Positions 1 to 11,848 of a stretch of DNA of 64,000 bases are shown in pieces. The notes beneath the pieces were generated by a model. The model had not been told where the DNA came from. It searched no databases and saw only the letters and a program-made list of their open reading frames with translations. Source of the stretch: Vicugna vicugna (Eukaryota); assembly GCA_013265495.1 (NCBI GenBank), contig MU057887.1:4181668-4245667 (forward strand), read 5' to 3'. Made by a program: the position numbers and the translations under genes. The stretch's first letter is position 1; every line of letters starts with the position of its first letter.

Positions 1-205
1 CAGTGACAACTGCCAACCTTGTGAGTGAGCCATCTTGGATGTCCAGCCCAGCTTACCTCTGGCTATAAACAAACTGCATGAGAAACCCCTGACAAGAACT
101 TCCCACTGGAGTCCTTCCTGAATTTATAACCTAAAAACTATAAGTAAAGTGGTTGTTTAATTCCTCTAAATTTGGTGGTAATTTAGTACACAGCAGTAGT
201 ACCGG
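1..205 (+). mobile_element. MaLR (MLT1-like) LTR 3' part
   Basis: gtgagtgagccatcttggatgtccagccca...ggttgttt...aatttggtggtaatttagtacacagcag. Confidence 0.5.
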
Positions 206-1457
206 GAACAAGTTTCTTACGGAGTCAAATAATTGTGGATTTCGTGGTAATAAGAAAGCAAGAAAAATCGGAAGTGATGGTCAGAGAATTGTGAGCTTAA
301 AATCAAGATTCAAGAGGTAGTGAAGCTACTAGTTATGACAGAATTCCCAATAAAGTATGGCTCATAAGCTTTTCATTTTTTGTTTCAGCTATTGGCATTT
401 AAAATTTTGTGTTTGTGACTTCCGTGCTATGTGAGTGAAATAAAAGACAGATAGTTTGCATTTGTTTATTTTCTAATCTATGAGAAAATTGTCAGAAAGT
501 GTCCCCTGACTTTCTAGGATTGATCTGTGGTCAAGACTGCTGAGACTGTGTTGCTGTTCCAATCTTCCATTGTAAGTCCAGCCAATTTTGTGTTTTGTAC
601 TAACTGTACCATTAGTGGACCACATACTATCAGACTGTTGGCTGGTCAGAAGTCAAGAGTGTTGGATGGGTCACTTATGTGGATGTTCATGTTAACCAGT
701 TTGATGACAAGACTCAGGATTGAAAGGAAAGCTGGGAAGTTTTGGTCAAAACTGTTTGTGAATTCTGGGAAGAGATCTGGAGTTTTGTGGGGAAAATCAA
801 AGAGTGGTTAATACATCCAGACTCCTTGAACCCCAGAAATGAAGAATGTTCTTAGTGTTACTAAAATTGAAAAGACAAATGATGAAAAGGATTTAATCCC
901 CCAGACCTGGTAGAGCCTATAAGCCCTCATTCACTCATTCATTCACATATTTGCTGACCACCTACTGTGTGCCAGGCACTGGGCTTGGAGCTTGGAAGTT
1001 TAAAGAGAGATAAAATACTGTCTCTGTTCTCTTGCAGCTCTCAATCATTGAGAGGGAAACATACATTTATAAATGTCATTCTTACAAAAGCACTGTAATT
1101 GAGATAAAATATAAATTGTTGTTGGACCACAAAAGAGGGCACCATCTGCCCCTGGCCATAGGCCTTTTCTCTCGGCTGGAATGATTGCCATCCAAAGAAT
1201 GATGTCACCTTTCCCATCTTGCGTGAGCTCCTTCTGTCCTGTGGTTTCCAAGCATCAATCACTCAAGAGCCTAATCCTTCAGAAATAATTTTCTACAGAA
1301 ATAAATGGACAAAGAAATATCAGGGCATATAATTTCCATCAAGCAAAAAGGAATAATTTTACTGCCACCTTGTTGAAACTCCAGCATCCCTCTTTAGCCA
1401 AATCTTCTCCACAGTCTCCCTATCCTGCTCCTCCTAACTTTCTTTAATAACCATACT

Positions 1458-1585
1458 GGGAGTGGGTGGGTTATAGCTCATGCTTAGCATGTGCAAGGTC
1501 CTGGGTTCAATCCCCAGTACCTCCATTAAAAAATAGATAAACTTAATTACCTCCCCCCAAAACAAACAAAAACAAAAAACAAACA
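1458..1585 (+). mobile_element. tRNA-derived SINE (camelid vic-1-like), internally deleted
   Basis: tatagctca...gtcctgggttcaatccccag B-box, A-rich tail; TSD AATAACCATACT at 1446-1457 and 1586-1597. Confidence 0.85.
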
Positions 1586-1880
1586 AATAACCATACTCAC
1601 AACCCTGATCTGTCCTTCCCCCACTGCAATATCAGATAACCCTCACCGAATGTGACTCCTCCAGCTGGATTTCAACCACTTCTCTCCCTATGCAGCTCCA
1701 CTTGAAGCCAGAACATGTTGATACCCTAAAAAGTGCCAGTAACATAGCTGGTGCTCAAGAAATAGTTTTCCAATTGAATGAACATAGTCTCAGGGTTATA
1801 ACTTCACTCAGTGCCCATGAATACCTCAGTCCAGCCTGCGCAGCCTGTACTATGTACTGAAAGTTCAGTTTTGGCCTCAG

Positions 1881-2129
1881 TCAGCATAGTCTGTATGGCC
1901 AACTCCAAGTCCAGCCGGATCAGCATCCCGTGGTCAGATACCTCTGTCCGGCACTGTTCAGCACTCGCTGGGGAATCAGCGCCTCCAGCTCCGATCAGTA
2001 CCTGCAGGGGAAACAGCTCCTCCAGCCCCAATCAGCTCGTTTTAGGGCGAAATTTCCGTAGACCCAATCAGCACCCTTTGTGGGACAGCTCCAACCAGCC
2101 CTGATCAGCACCCAGACGTGGACAGCTCC
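1881..2129 (+). repeat. Degenerate ~37-bp tandem array of split RE1/NRSE-like units
   Basis: TCAGCACC-like left halves at 1881, 1920, 1958, 1995, 2032, 2068, 2105, most followed after 7-8 nt by a GGACAGCTCC-like half. Confidence 0.65.
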
Positions 2130-2459
2130 TCATCCTCTGCCCAGTCTCCGTATGACTGACTCAGACCCAGACTTGGGACCTCAGCTCTTCTGTTCTGATT
2201 ACTTGGGACGTCAGCGCAGCTCCTAGAGCAGCCGCACCCACCCCTCCACTAGCCCCCCCCCAAAAAAAACTCAGTTAACCAGAGGTCTGCTGACCGACTT
2301 CCCCACCGCAGTTTCTTCATTTAAGCTCTCACCGCACAAACTGATCCCGCATTCTTACCAATCCACTTTTCACCTGCCCCCACCCCGAAAAAACCAAACT
2401 GCACACCCGATCATTCCCCAACCAGAGCCTCTCAGTCAAACCATCTTGTCTCCTCCAAC

Positions 2460-2900
2460 CAGCTTCCCCGCCATCCCCTCCGCCCTCCTCCCGGGTCCGC
2501 CCTCCTCCCCTCCCCCGGATCCTCCCTCTTCCCGGGTCCTCCCCTCCCTTCCCCCAGTTCGCGCTGCCGCGGTGTCCTGGCGTCGAGGTGTGCCGGCGGC
2601 GGGGTGTCGCAGGGCGTGTCACGAGGTGACTCGGGGCGGGCCGAGGGCGGGCAGGAGGGAGCGGCAAGGGCGTGCGGGGCTGTCGCTCTGGGCACCCCTC
2701 CCCCGCCGCAGTCGGCAGGCCTCTCCCCGGAGAAGATGGCGGATCGGGCGGAGATGTTTTCTCTTTCCACCTTTCACTCGCTATCGCCGCCAGGCTGCAG
2801 GTACGCAACTGGGCGCCCCGGGCCTTGGCAGGCCCTTTCCTTCCTGCAGTCCCCTCTCTGACCCAGTGCCCAGACTCCTCCGACCCGAACCTGCCACCTC
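2460..2900 (+). promoter_or_regulatory. CpG island / promoter of MAPK8IP2
   Basis: CpG-dense, GC boxes (gggcggg, ccgccc) around exon 1. Confidence 0.8.
2736..2800 (+). CDS. MAPK8IP2: MAPK8IP2 coding exon 1
   Basis: aagATGg start; [21 protein letters not shown]; donor AG|gtacgc. Confidence 0.95.
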
Positions 2901-5900
2901 ACCCCTATCGTCTACTGGGTACCCAAGCTCCAGGCCTCTCTCTAGTCCTGACTCCTGCTCCCCATCCCCCACCCCTGGGTTCCTGTTATCTCCATTTTTG
3001 TCCTCCTTTTGTCCCCCCTCCTCCAGCCCAATGACCCTCCACCCCCGATTCCTGCTGAGACTCAGTGCCGCACCCAGCCTGGACAGCCGACCCTTCAAGG
3101 GTGGAGGTCGTGGACTGAGCATCTGAGGGGCAGCCTGCCTGGGCAGGATGCTGAGCACACCCTCTGTGCTTGGCAGTGTCCTTTTGGCCTTGTTGGGTTT
3201 CTTTGGTGGAGGCCTGGCCTGGCCTGTCGGGTTCAGGGAGGGAGAGAGTTGAAATCAAGCCTGGAGCCTGGGGGAAGGGACTAAGGTGGGGAGAAGCCTG
3301 AACCTCCGGGTGTAGGCCTGCCTTGGGTGGGAGTGGGGGACAGAGTGGCCAGACTCTGCTCCTAGAACATGCTCAACCCCTCCTCCTCCTTCTACTGCTG
3401 CAGCTTCATCTCCCCCTCCCCCTTCTCTGCTTAGCCCGACTCCCCTGAGGCTGAGGCTGTGACCCAGAGGGGCCTGGAGCCAAGCACAGAGGGAGGAGAG
3501 GCTGCTCGCTCCATGAGGGAGGAGGACTGGGAGGAGGGTTCGAGGGACAGGCAGCTCTTCTGGGCTGATCATGGCTCAGATGGTGGGAGAATCCATTGGA
3601 GAGTAGAGTCTGAAGTCCAAGATAACGGCAGGATGCAGGTCTGGGAGTCAGGGCTATGGAGGTCACAGGGCCCAGGATCCGGGGGGTGGTCTCTCTGGCC
3701 CCTCCTCAGGACCATCTCCCAGATGGAGAGTCCAGAGTTGGTGACTCGGTCAGGAGCCCAGTCCTTGCTCTCTTACCCTGGTCTCTTCATCAGACCTCCC
3801 CAGGACATAAGCCTGGAAGAATTTGATGATGAAGATCTGTCTGAGATCACCGATGACTGCGGTTTGGGCCTCAGCTATGACTCGGACCACTGCGAAAAGG
3901 TGGGAAAGGGGCTGGGGGCATAGAACTCTCTGAAGGGAGAGTCTCACTTGGGCTCTGCTTAACGTTCTTTTTGGGTTTTAGGGCGGGTCTAAACTTACCC
4001 TTGGAACAAGAAATCCTCTGATTGCCTCCTCTCTCTTGGCCTCTTGACCTGGGTTCTTCCTTGATATCAAACCTCCATTTTTCTAACAGACTATAGGCTC
4101 TCCATTGAGGGCCTTCCCCAGCAGTCCTCGCCTGACCTCCATCACTAGGCTAGCTTGGGGGAGGGAAGATGTGCCTATGCTTTGGTGCCCTCTGTCCTCA
4201 GATCACTTCTCAGAAAGATCTAACCCCTTCCAACTGCCATCTCAGTTTGTCTCCTCCTCAGCCCTTTCCCCACCTCTCAAGCCTCCATCTGTTTGCCTCA
4301 TGTCTCTACCCCTGAAATATTTTCTGCCCCCATCTCCTGCTTCTCCTCCTCCCTATCTCTCCATGTTTGTTTTCATTCAAGAACATTCCTGAGCAACTCC
4401 CAAGTGGCAAGTGCTGGGGGCTTCCTGGTGCCTCGGGGGAAAGCAGGACCAGTGTGGCCCTTACCCTCTGGAGCTTATATCTAGTAGAGGAGAAAGACAT
4501 GTGAAAGGCAGTGGCAGCCTGGGTGTCAACGACTAGATTCCAACGGGGGGACACAGGTGCAAAAAGGAGAAACCACCCGAGAATGAGGCCATCGGGATTT
4601 TCCAGTGGAAATGGTGCACAACCATGCCCTTCAGGAACACCAGCAGGAGCTGGCAGATGAGGGAGATAGGAGAGAATGGAGGAAAGGAACTGCTGGCAAG
4701 GGATTATCTGGTCAAAGTTCCTAACCTGAGGTTGGTGCGAGCTTGGTGAGTCTTGGGTGCTAGCTGTCTTTCTTTCAGGCATCCATTTGATATTTACTGA
4801 GCTTCCAGTGTGGGCCAGGTTCTGTTCTCGGTGGGGGGCAGGGTACACCCATGTACAGTATGTACATGGCCCTATCCTGGTGGAGCTTGCAGCTTGGTGA
4901 GGAAGACAGAACCAAAACTCTATGGTAGTTATGAGTTGTGTTAAAATGCTATGATGTAAAGAGTGCTTGTGTCATATGTGATGGGGTTTGGGGGTGAGAT
5001 GAGGCTGACAGGTGGGTTGTGGAATCTCTGTCACCCAGACTTAAGAGTTTGGGCTCTTAGTTACCAAAAACTGGAGTGATCCTTATGTATCCTAAGCCGA
5101 TAAAAAAAAAAAAGCTGTTGGTGGAAAGCAGAGTGAACTCTGCTCCCCTTTCCTGCCACCTGGGATCCCCAGTCACTGTTCTACTCTGGCCCAGCTCTGT
5201 CCTTTTCTTTCCTGCAGGACAGCCTCTCCCTGGGGCGTTCGGAGCAGCCACACCCCATCTGCTCCTTCCAGGATGACTTCCAAGAGTTTGAGATGATCGA
5301 TGACAATGAAGAGGAGGAGGAAGAGGAAGAGGAGGATGAAGAGGAAGAGGAGGAGGAAGGAGAGGGAGAGGGCAAGGAGGGAGGAGGCCCTGGCTCAGAG
5401 GACACTACTCAGGAGCCCCTGATCCCCTCCCCCTCACTGGAAGAGCCCCACAAGCATCGGCCAACCACACTCCACCTGACAACATTGGGAGCCCAGGTGA
5501 GCATCCAGACTCACAGCATCCTGGGGCTAAACTGGGGTTCCTAGCATCCAGGACTCTGGTCCCCATGGCTGCCTGTCCCCTCTTACCCCTGAGAACTGGG
5601 ACCCTTCCTCAACGCTGCTTTCCTAACCTCCACCTCTCAGGACTCCTTGAACAACAATGGAGGGTTTGCTCTGGAGCCTCCAGGCTCCTGGCAGGAGACA
5701 GTGCTGTGCCCACCCGCCCAGGAGCCCCTCAAAGGTGAGTTAGACCGCAGGTTAGGGGTGCATAAGAAGCAAGGGGGTAGGAGTAGAGGGGAGTGGCCTG
5801 GCTGATGCACCTCCTACTCTGCAGAACCGCCCGCCCCGCTCCCACCCACGGACCTGAGCCCCTGTGGGGCGCAGTCACCTTTGCGCCCAGGTTGCGACTG

Positions 5901-8900
5901 CGAAGGAAACCAGCCCGCAGGGCCCTTGGCACAAGGTGGGGCCTCGCCCTCCTCAGATCCGGGCATAGAGGCCGACCTGGGGAGCTCTAGCGGAGGCCGC
6001 GGGGGCCGGCGCAGCAGCCAAGAGCTGTCGTCGCCGGGCTCCGACTCCGAGGACGCAGAGGGCGCGCGCCTGGGGCGCATGATTTCGTCCATCTCAGAGA
6101 CGGAGCTGGAGCGGAGCAGCGACGACGGCAGTAGCAGCAGCGGCCGCTCCTCGCACCTCACCAACTCCATTGAGGAGGCCTCATCTCCCGCCTCGGAGCC
6201 TGAGCCTGAGCCTGAGCCTGAGCCTCCGTGCCCGCCCCCGCGTCGCCCTGCCTTTCTGCCCGTGGGCCCCGATGACACCAACAGCGAGTATGAGTCAGGG
6301 TCCGAGTCTGAGCCAGACCTCAGCGAGGATGCCGACTCGCCCTGGCTGCTCAGCAACCTTGTGAGCCGCATGATCTCCGAGGGCTCCTCGCCCATCCTCT
6401 GCCCAGGCCAGTGCCTGTCTCCCGCTTCGCGTTCTGCCGCGGAGCCTGCAACGCCCGCCGGTGGGACCCCTGAGGCCCCCGAGGCGGCTACCGGGCCAGG
6501 CGGCGTGGAGCTGGTGGACATGGAGACGCTGTGTGGGCCGCCGCCCCCTGCGCCCTCCGCACCTCGGCCCGGCCCCGCGCAGCCCGGGCCCTGCCTCTTC
6601 CTCAGCAACCCCACGCGAGACACCATTACGCCGCTGTGGGCCGCTCCAGGCCGCGCTGCCCGCCCAGGCCGCGCTTGCTCCGCCGCCTGCTCGGAGGACG
6701 AAGAGGATGAGGAGGAGGAGGAGGAGGCTGGGGATAAGGCAGCGCCCCCTGGGGGCAGAGGCTCGGGCCCTGCGGCGCTGGACGCCTCGCTGGTGTACGA
6801 TGCAGTGAAGTACACGCTGGTGGTGGACGAGCACACGCAGCTGGAACTGGTGAGCCTGCGGCGCTGCGCTGGCCTGGGTGACGACAGTGAGGAGGACAGT
6901 GGTGGCGAGGCCAGCGAGGAAGAGGCAGGGGCTGCACTGCTGAGTGGTGGCCAGGGCCCTGGGGACGCCTCCCCAGACAGCCCCGACCTCACCTTCTCCA
7001 AGAAGTTCCTCAATGTCTTTGTCAACAGCACCTCTCGATCTTCCAGTGAGTGGGGGGTGGGGAAAGGGGGTGGTCCCAGGGGAATAAGCTGCCTCCTAAG
7101 CCCCAGGGCCCATGCAGATCCCCAGAGTGCCCAAGGCAGCCCGAGGGTCTGCGGGTGGTCAGGGCTGGGCATTGCCCTCTTCTCCAGGACCTAGGCCTGG
7201 GGCTTTCCCCAGACCCCCGTGGGGTGGGGAGGGCTGCTCTGCCTCCAACCCCTAATGAGCTGGTTCTCCCTCCCTCCCCACCTGAGGACAACCCACACCA
7301 TACTGTTGGGGGCCGGGGGAACTGGCCAGGCCATCAGGTACTTTCTTTCCTCCTCCTCCCTTCCCCTGAGTCTCTGTCTCCTGTTTCTGTCTCTCAGGCA
7401 CTGAGTCTTTTGGCCTTTTTTCCTGCCTGGTCAATGGGGAGGAGAGAGAGCAAACCCACCGGGCCGTCTTCAGGTACAGCCTCTCCCCCTTGCCATTGCC
7501 ACTGGTGACCCTCCTGAGTCTGCAGATGTTATAGGACACTGCTGGCCTCCTGAGCCAGCCAGTCCTGCCCCTGCCCCAGTGACCTCCCACCTCTGACCTG
7601 ATCTCAGGTTCATCCCTCGCCATCCGGACGAGCTGGAGCTGGATGTGGATGACCCGGTGCTGGTGGAGGCTGAGGAGGATGACTTCTGGTTCCGTGGCTT
7701 CAACATGCGCACAGGGGAGCGTGGTGTCTTCCCGGCCTTTTATGCCCACGCAGTGCCCGGCCCTGCCAAGGACCTGCTGGGTGAGGCCCCATCCCCAGGG
7801 AGTCTCTCGTCACCCCAGACTTCCTCTCGCTCACCTGACCTAGCCCCTTGTGACCCTCCCCCAGGGAGCAAGCGGGGCCCCTGCTGGGTGGAGCGCTTCG
7901 ACGTGCAGTTCCTGGGCTCCGTGGAGGTGCCCTGTCACCAGGGTAATGGCATCCTGTGTGCAGCCATGCAGAAGGTCAGTCTAGAGGTGGGGACCCCAGC
8001 CCCCAGGCTGGCACAACCTTGAAGACCCCAGGCCTCTGCCCTCTTCCACAGAGGGTTCAGGGGATGCCTTGGGGACCTCAGATGCCTGGCCCTCCAGCTG
8101 TGATTCAGAGGCCTGGGCAGGCAAACCCAGGACAGTGCTTAGCAGCTGTCCCCCATCACCTCCCACTGGCCCTTCCTCCCCTTCAACTTGTCCTATTCCT
8201 ACCTGAACATCAAGACCAGCTCTCACAGACCCCTCCCTGGGAGTCATTTGCTCATTCACTGATTCACACAGTGGACACTGAGTGAGCGCTGTCCATCTGC
8301 TGGTCCTGTGATTGAGCAGGAGAGCAGTAGGGGTGCAAGACAGCCCTGTATCCGGAAGCCCCCACTCAGCTCCGGAGACATGCAGTGAGGAGGCCTGGGT
8401 CGATGGGAGGAATGGAAAGAAGGTGAGGCAGGCTGTCCCGGGACTGAGGAATGGCCAAGACCACGCTCCCATCTTCCAGAGCCAGTGCAAGAAGTCTTCA
8501 GATCTAATCTAAAATGTTCCCCCAGGAGGGAAAGACATCCTTGTAGGCCCTTGAGACCCCCTTCTTCCCTGGCTTCTTCTCCAGATTGCCACTGCCCGGA
8601 AACTGACCGTCCACCTACGTCCTCCTGCTTCCTGTGACCTTGAGATTTCTCTTCGGGGGGTCAAGCTGAGTCTAAGCGGAGGACCCGAGGTGGGGGTGTG
8701 AGGACCTGAGGACAGGGGAGGCTGGGGGGTGTAAGGCAGGAGGGTCTGACTGAGGGACATCTGGCAGGGGTGGCTGGAATGGCCCTGGGCCAACTCCACC
8801 TAACCTGGCGCACTCCTGCTTCTCCCCTTCTAGTTCCAACACTGCAGCCACTTCTTCCAGATGAAAAACATCTCGTTCTGCGGCTGCCACCCCCGCAACA

Positions 8901-11215
8901 GCTGGTGAGAGCCTGAGCCACCCCATAGTCCCCGAGGGCTGCCCGCACACAGTCCCGCCTTCCACCCCCCACACCCATTTAGCTCCATGAGCTGAGCCCC
9001 CACATGGCACCCACTCTGCTGGGCTCAGGAGACAAGGATCAGACAGACACACAGACAAGTAGTGCTGGAAGCACCTGTAGGGGATCTGGTGGACGTCTGT
9101 ATGGGGCTCCAGTGGTGGGGCCACTCAAGAGGCAACTGAAGAGCACTCTGCAAGCCTTGAAAGACAAGTAGGTGATAGGGTGGGTCTTCTTGGCTGGGGG
9201 CCAGCTGAGCCAAAGCTGTGGGCAAGGGACACTAGGGTCTTGGGGAGCAGCTGGAATAAAGCTTGAAGGACACTTGGGGTACCTGTGCCCTTCTGACTGT
9301 TCCAGGGAGCTTGTACTTAATCCCACTGATGGTGGGGTCACAGTATGACAGGTTGACAAACTGGCTCTGGCTGCTGGGCAGAGTGGAAGGACCCGGGTGC
9401 TGCGTCCTGCAGGCATTCAGGAGGAGGGGCAGGCAGGACCTGGGTCGATAGGATGTGGTTGATTGGCTGACCTGGAGGGAGAATCAAGGGTGACCTGGGT
9501 GTTAGGAAGATAGGAGCCCACATACCAAGAGAAGAGGTATGTGAGTGGCCGGTCAGGCTGGTGGTACAGTATCCAATCGCAGACGCAGTGAGACTGACGT
9601 GGCTGTTGTTACGTGGGTCTGAATGTGGAAAGGAGACCTGGGGGAAGGAATGTTTCCAAGCAGGTGGGTAACTTTGGCCATGAAGCACATAGGAAGCCAG
9701 ACAGAGTGAGAAGAGACTGGGCTGAAAGGGGAGAAGCATGACCACTGTGTGCCCAGCCAGACTCCTGCGCACGGATCCCAGTGCCCCAGATGAAGGAGAG
9801 AGAAGGAGCTACCCAGCGAGGGAGACAGAGGCACACAGAGGCTCAAAGCGCCCGGTGGTATTTGGAGAAGTGGGTCCTCAAGGGAGGCAGGATGTGGGAA
9901 GGGCAAGCTGCTGCTGGGCCTGGCCTGTGACCGATGCCAAGGCCAGCACATGTGTCACCTGGACGTTGTGGCAAGAGAGTGAGGAGGGCTGTGTCTGCTG
10001 GCCGGCGGTGATATCAACCCTCAGCGGGGTCAGAGTCCTGTTTGGCGGCTTCTCCATTGACAAGGGAGGTGGTTTGAGGGGTCCTCTGTATAGGTGCTGC
10101 TCTGAGGGATGGAGGGCTAGGGTAGAGGGCCAAGGCTTAGCCCGGACGGTGGGCCCGGGGTGGGGCTGGGCAGGCTCATGGTGTCATGTGACATGACAAG
10201 GAAGAGTCAGCCAGGATGTGGTGTCCAAAAGACAGGGGAGAGGCCTGGCTCTGTGGTCCAGGCTCGGGGGAGGGCGAGGGTAGGGGAGGCACAGAGATGG
10301 ATGGCAGTGGCTGGGGAGAAGGAAGACGCAGCTGGACACCCCTGTGGTGAAGAAGTTCACGTAGGTCATTAACTCTTCACAGATGCCCAGCACTGTGTTT
10401 GGACAGGGACCCAAAAGGGGGACTCAAATCTTCAAATCCCATGAGCCGCACATTTCCCTCACCCCAACTCTCTCCTTGAGCCCTCTGTCCCTGCCTCTTC
10501 TCCCCAGTCACTGGGGGCTGAGGTGTGAGTCCGCCTTGGCGTCCCTCCATGCCAACTTTCCCTGCCACCCTGCAGCTATTTTGGCTTCATCACCAAACAC
10601 CCGCTGCTGAGCCGCTTTGCCTGCCACGTCTTCGTCTCCCAGGAGTCGATGAGGCCCGTGGCCCAAAGTGTGGGGTGAGTGGGTCCGGAGGGTGGGTATA
10701 GGATTAGGGTTGGGCCAACGCGAGCAATGGCTGGACTGGCGGGGCAGGGAGCAGAACCCATGCAGCAGTGACCTGGGGGGTGAGCAAGCTGGGAGGATGC
10801 GGGGATGAGGTTTGGGGAGACTTGGGGACAGGGGAGGTGGGAGAGGAGGAAGGTCAGGTGAGAGTGATGGAGGTGGAAGGTTGGGAAGGTGGTAGTTGGA
10901 ACACTTGGGCAGGAGCGTTGGGGGATCCTGGGGATGGAAAGGGCACAGTTGCATTGCCCGTGGGGGTGGGGGTGTGGGTGGGGGTGGGAAGGCAGCATCG
11001 AGGCCAGACAGTAAGGGAAGTGGTCTGTGCTGCGGACATGGTTGCTGGGCCAGGAGTGCTGAGTGAAGCTGGGGGGTGATGTGGGCAGGCCCAGGTGGGG
11101 GGGCTTGGGGGCTTTGGGGGCTGAGGACTCTCTCTCCCCCAGCCGCGCCTTCCTGGAGTACTACCAGGAGCACCTGGAGTATGCCTGCCCCACCGAGGAC
11201 ATCTACCTGGAGTAG
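2736..11215 (+). CDS. MAPK8IP2: MAPK8IP2 / JIP2 JNK scaffold, complete spliced CDS (12 exons, 2472 nt, 823 aa)
   Basis: join(2736-2800,3794-3899,5218-5496,5641-5734,5825-7045,7398-7473,7608-7780,7865-7974,8585-8689,8834-8904,10576-10674,11143-11215). All introns GT-AG with consistent phases. Starts [22 protein letters not shown], contains the JNK-docking RPTTLHL, SH3 and PTB domains, and ends [11 protein letters not shown]. Confidence 0.97.
3794..3899 (+). CDS. MAPK8IP2: MAPK8IP2 exon 2
   Basis: catcag| [35 protein letters not shown] |gtggga. Confidence 0.95.
5218..5496 (+). CDS. MAPK8IP2: MAPK8IP2 exon 3 (acidic tract, JNK-binding motif)
   Basis: ctgcag| [34 protein letters not shown]...[16 protein letters not shown] |gtgagc. 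Confidence 0.95.
5641..5734 (+). CDS. MAPK8IP2: MAPK8IP2 exon 4
   Basis: tctcag| [31 protein letters not shown] |gtgagt. Confidence 0.92.
5825..7045 (+). CDS. MAPK8IP2: MAPK8IP2 exon 5 (large central exon)
   Basis: ctgcag| same frame as ORF 5881..7194; [54 protein letters not shown] |gtgagt. Confidence 0.95.
6196..6225 (+). repeat. Coding hexamer repeat (GAGCCT)x5 encoding [10 protein letters not shown]
   Basis: Five perfect copies inside MAPK8IP2 exon 5. Confidence 0.9.
7398..7473 (+). CDS. MAPK8IP2: MAPK8IP2 exon 6 (start of SH3)
   Basis: tctcag| [24 protein letters not shown] |gtacag. Confidence 0.94.
7608..7780 (+). CDS. MAPK8IP2: MAPK8IP2 exon 7 (SH3)
   Basis: tctcag| [57 protein letters not shown] |gtgagg. 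Confidence 0.95.
7865..7974 (+). CDS. MAPK8IP2: MAPK8IP2 exon 8 (PTB start)
   Basis: ccccag| [36 protein letters not shown] |gtcagt. Confidence 0.95.
8585..8689 (+). CDS. MAPK8IP2: MAPK8IP2 exon 9 (PTB)
   Basis: ctccag| [35 protein letters not shown] |gtgggg. Confidence 0.93.
8834..8904 (+). CDS. MAPK8IP2: MAPK8IP2 exon 10 (PTB)
   Basis: ttctag| [23 protein letters not shown] |gtgaga. Confidence 0.94.
10576..10674 (+). CDS. MAPK8IP2: MAPK8IP2 exon 11 (PTB)
   Basis: ctgcag| [32 protein letters not shown] |gtgagt. Confidence 0.95.
11143..11215 (+). CDS. MAPK8IP2: MAPK8IP2 last coding exon (kinesin light chain-binding tail)
   Basis: ccccag| [26 protein letters not shown]. Confidence 0.95.
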
Positions 11216-11848
11216 CCGTCCTGCTACTGGGAGCAGCTGGGGCTGGAGGTGTCTCAATAGGCCACCGCAGCTTTGGCAAGGACTGGACTGGGGGCACGTG
11301 GGATCTGACATCCAGGGAGTCTCCGGGCTATGCTGGGAACTCTCCTTGCTCCCCTGGGGCTGCTGGAGAGTGGAGCCTGCGCCTCCGCTTCCCCTGATCC
11401 ATTCTCTCTCTGTGTCACCTGGTCTGCCCTTGGCCTCCCTCCTCTCTCCTCCTGTCTGTCTCTGCCCCCTCTGTGCCTGCAAACCCTCTCCCTCTGCTCT
11501 TTACTTTGGGGTCAGAACTGGGAGGGGTGTGTGGCGGAAGCTCCCAGGTGATTCCCCCCTCCCACTCGCCCCCTGTGATTTATAAAGGAATTTTAATTTT
11601 TATAGTGAATATCAAGGAATCTTCCCATCCTTGACCATAGGAACCAAGAGAGGGACCCCATACTGCCCCCCACAGAGGTCAGGGGAGGCGGGAAGGAGTT
11701 CCTCAGAAGGGCCCTGGGGGGACTAGGAGCCGTTCCTGATGCTCACCCCAAGCCCCAGACGCTGCTAGGAGGAGGTGCCCGGCCCCGGGCCCCGGCCACA
11801 CCAGCACCTGCTTTGCCGCTGCAAACACTCCCCGCAGTCCAGCACCTC

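Noticed and set aside
1881..2129. Repeat-spacer periodicity superficially like a CRISPR array
   Set aside because: Mammalian spliced-gene context, degenerate units, very short spacers and no cas genes; better explained as a minisatellite or RE1-like array.
5137..5217. In-frame extension upstream of MAPK8IP2 exon 3 resembling a remembered human alternative N-terminus
   Set aside because: In-frame TGA at 5134 and no ATG before the acceptor, so it is not supported as coding here.
6740..6757. CTCF-like motif (TGCCCCCAGGGGGCGCTG, minus strand) in MAPK8IP2 exon 5
   Set aside because: Lies in GC-rich coding sequence (AAPPGG) and cannot be distinguished from chance without ChIP data.
5814..7172. 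452-aa antisense ORF
   Set aside because: Mirror of the GC-rich MAPK8IP2 exon 5; low-complexity product explained by sense codon bias.
10508..11482. 324-aa minus-strand ORF
   Set aside because: Antisense to G-rich MAPK8IP2 intron 11 and last exons; Pro-rich noise.
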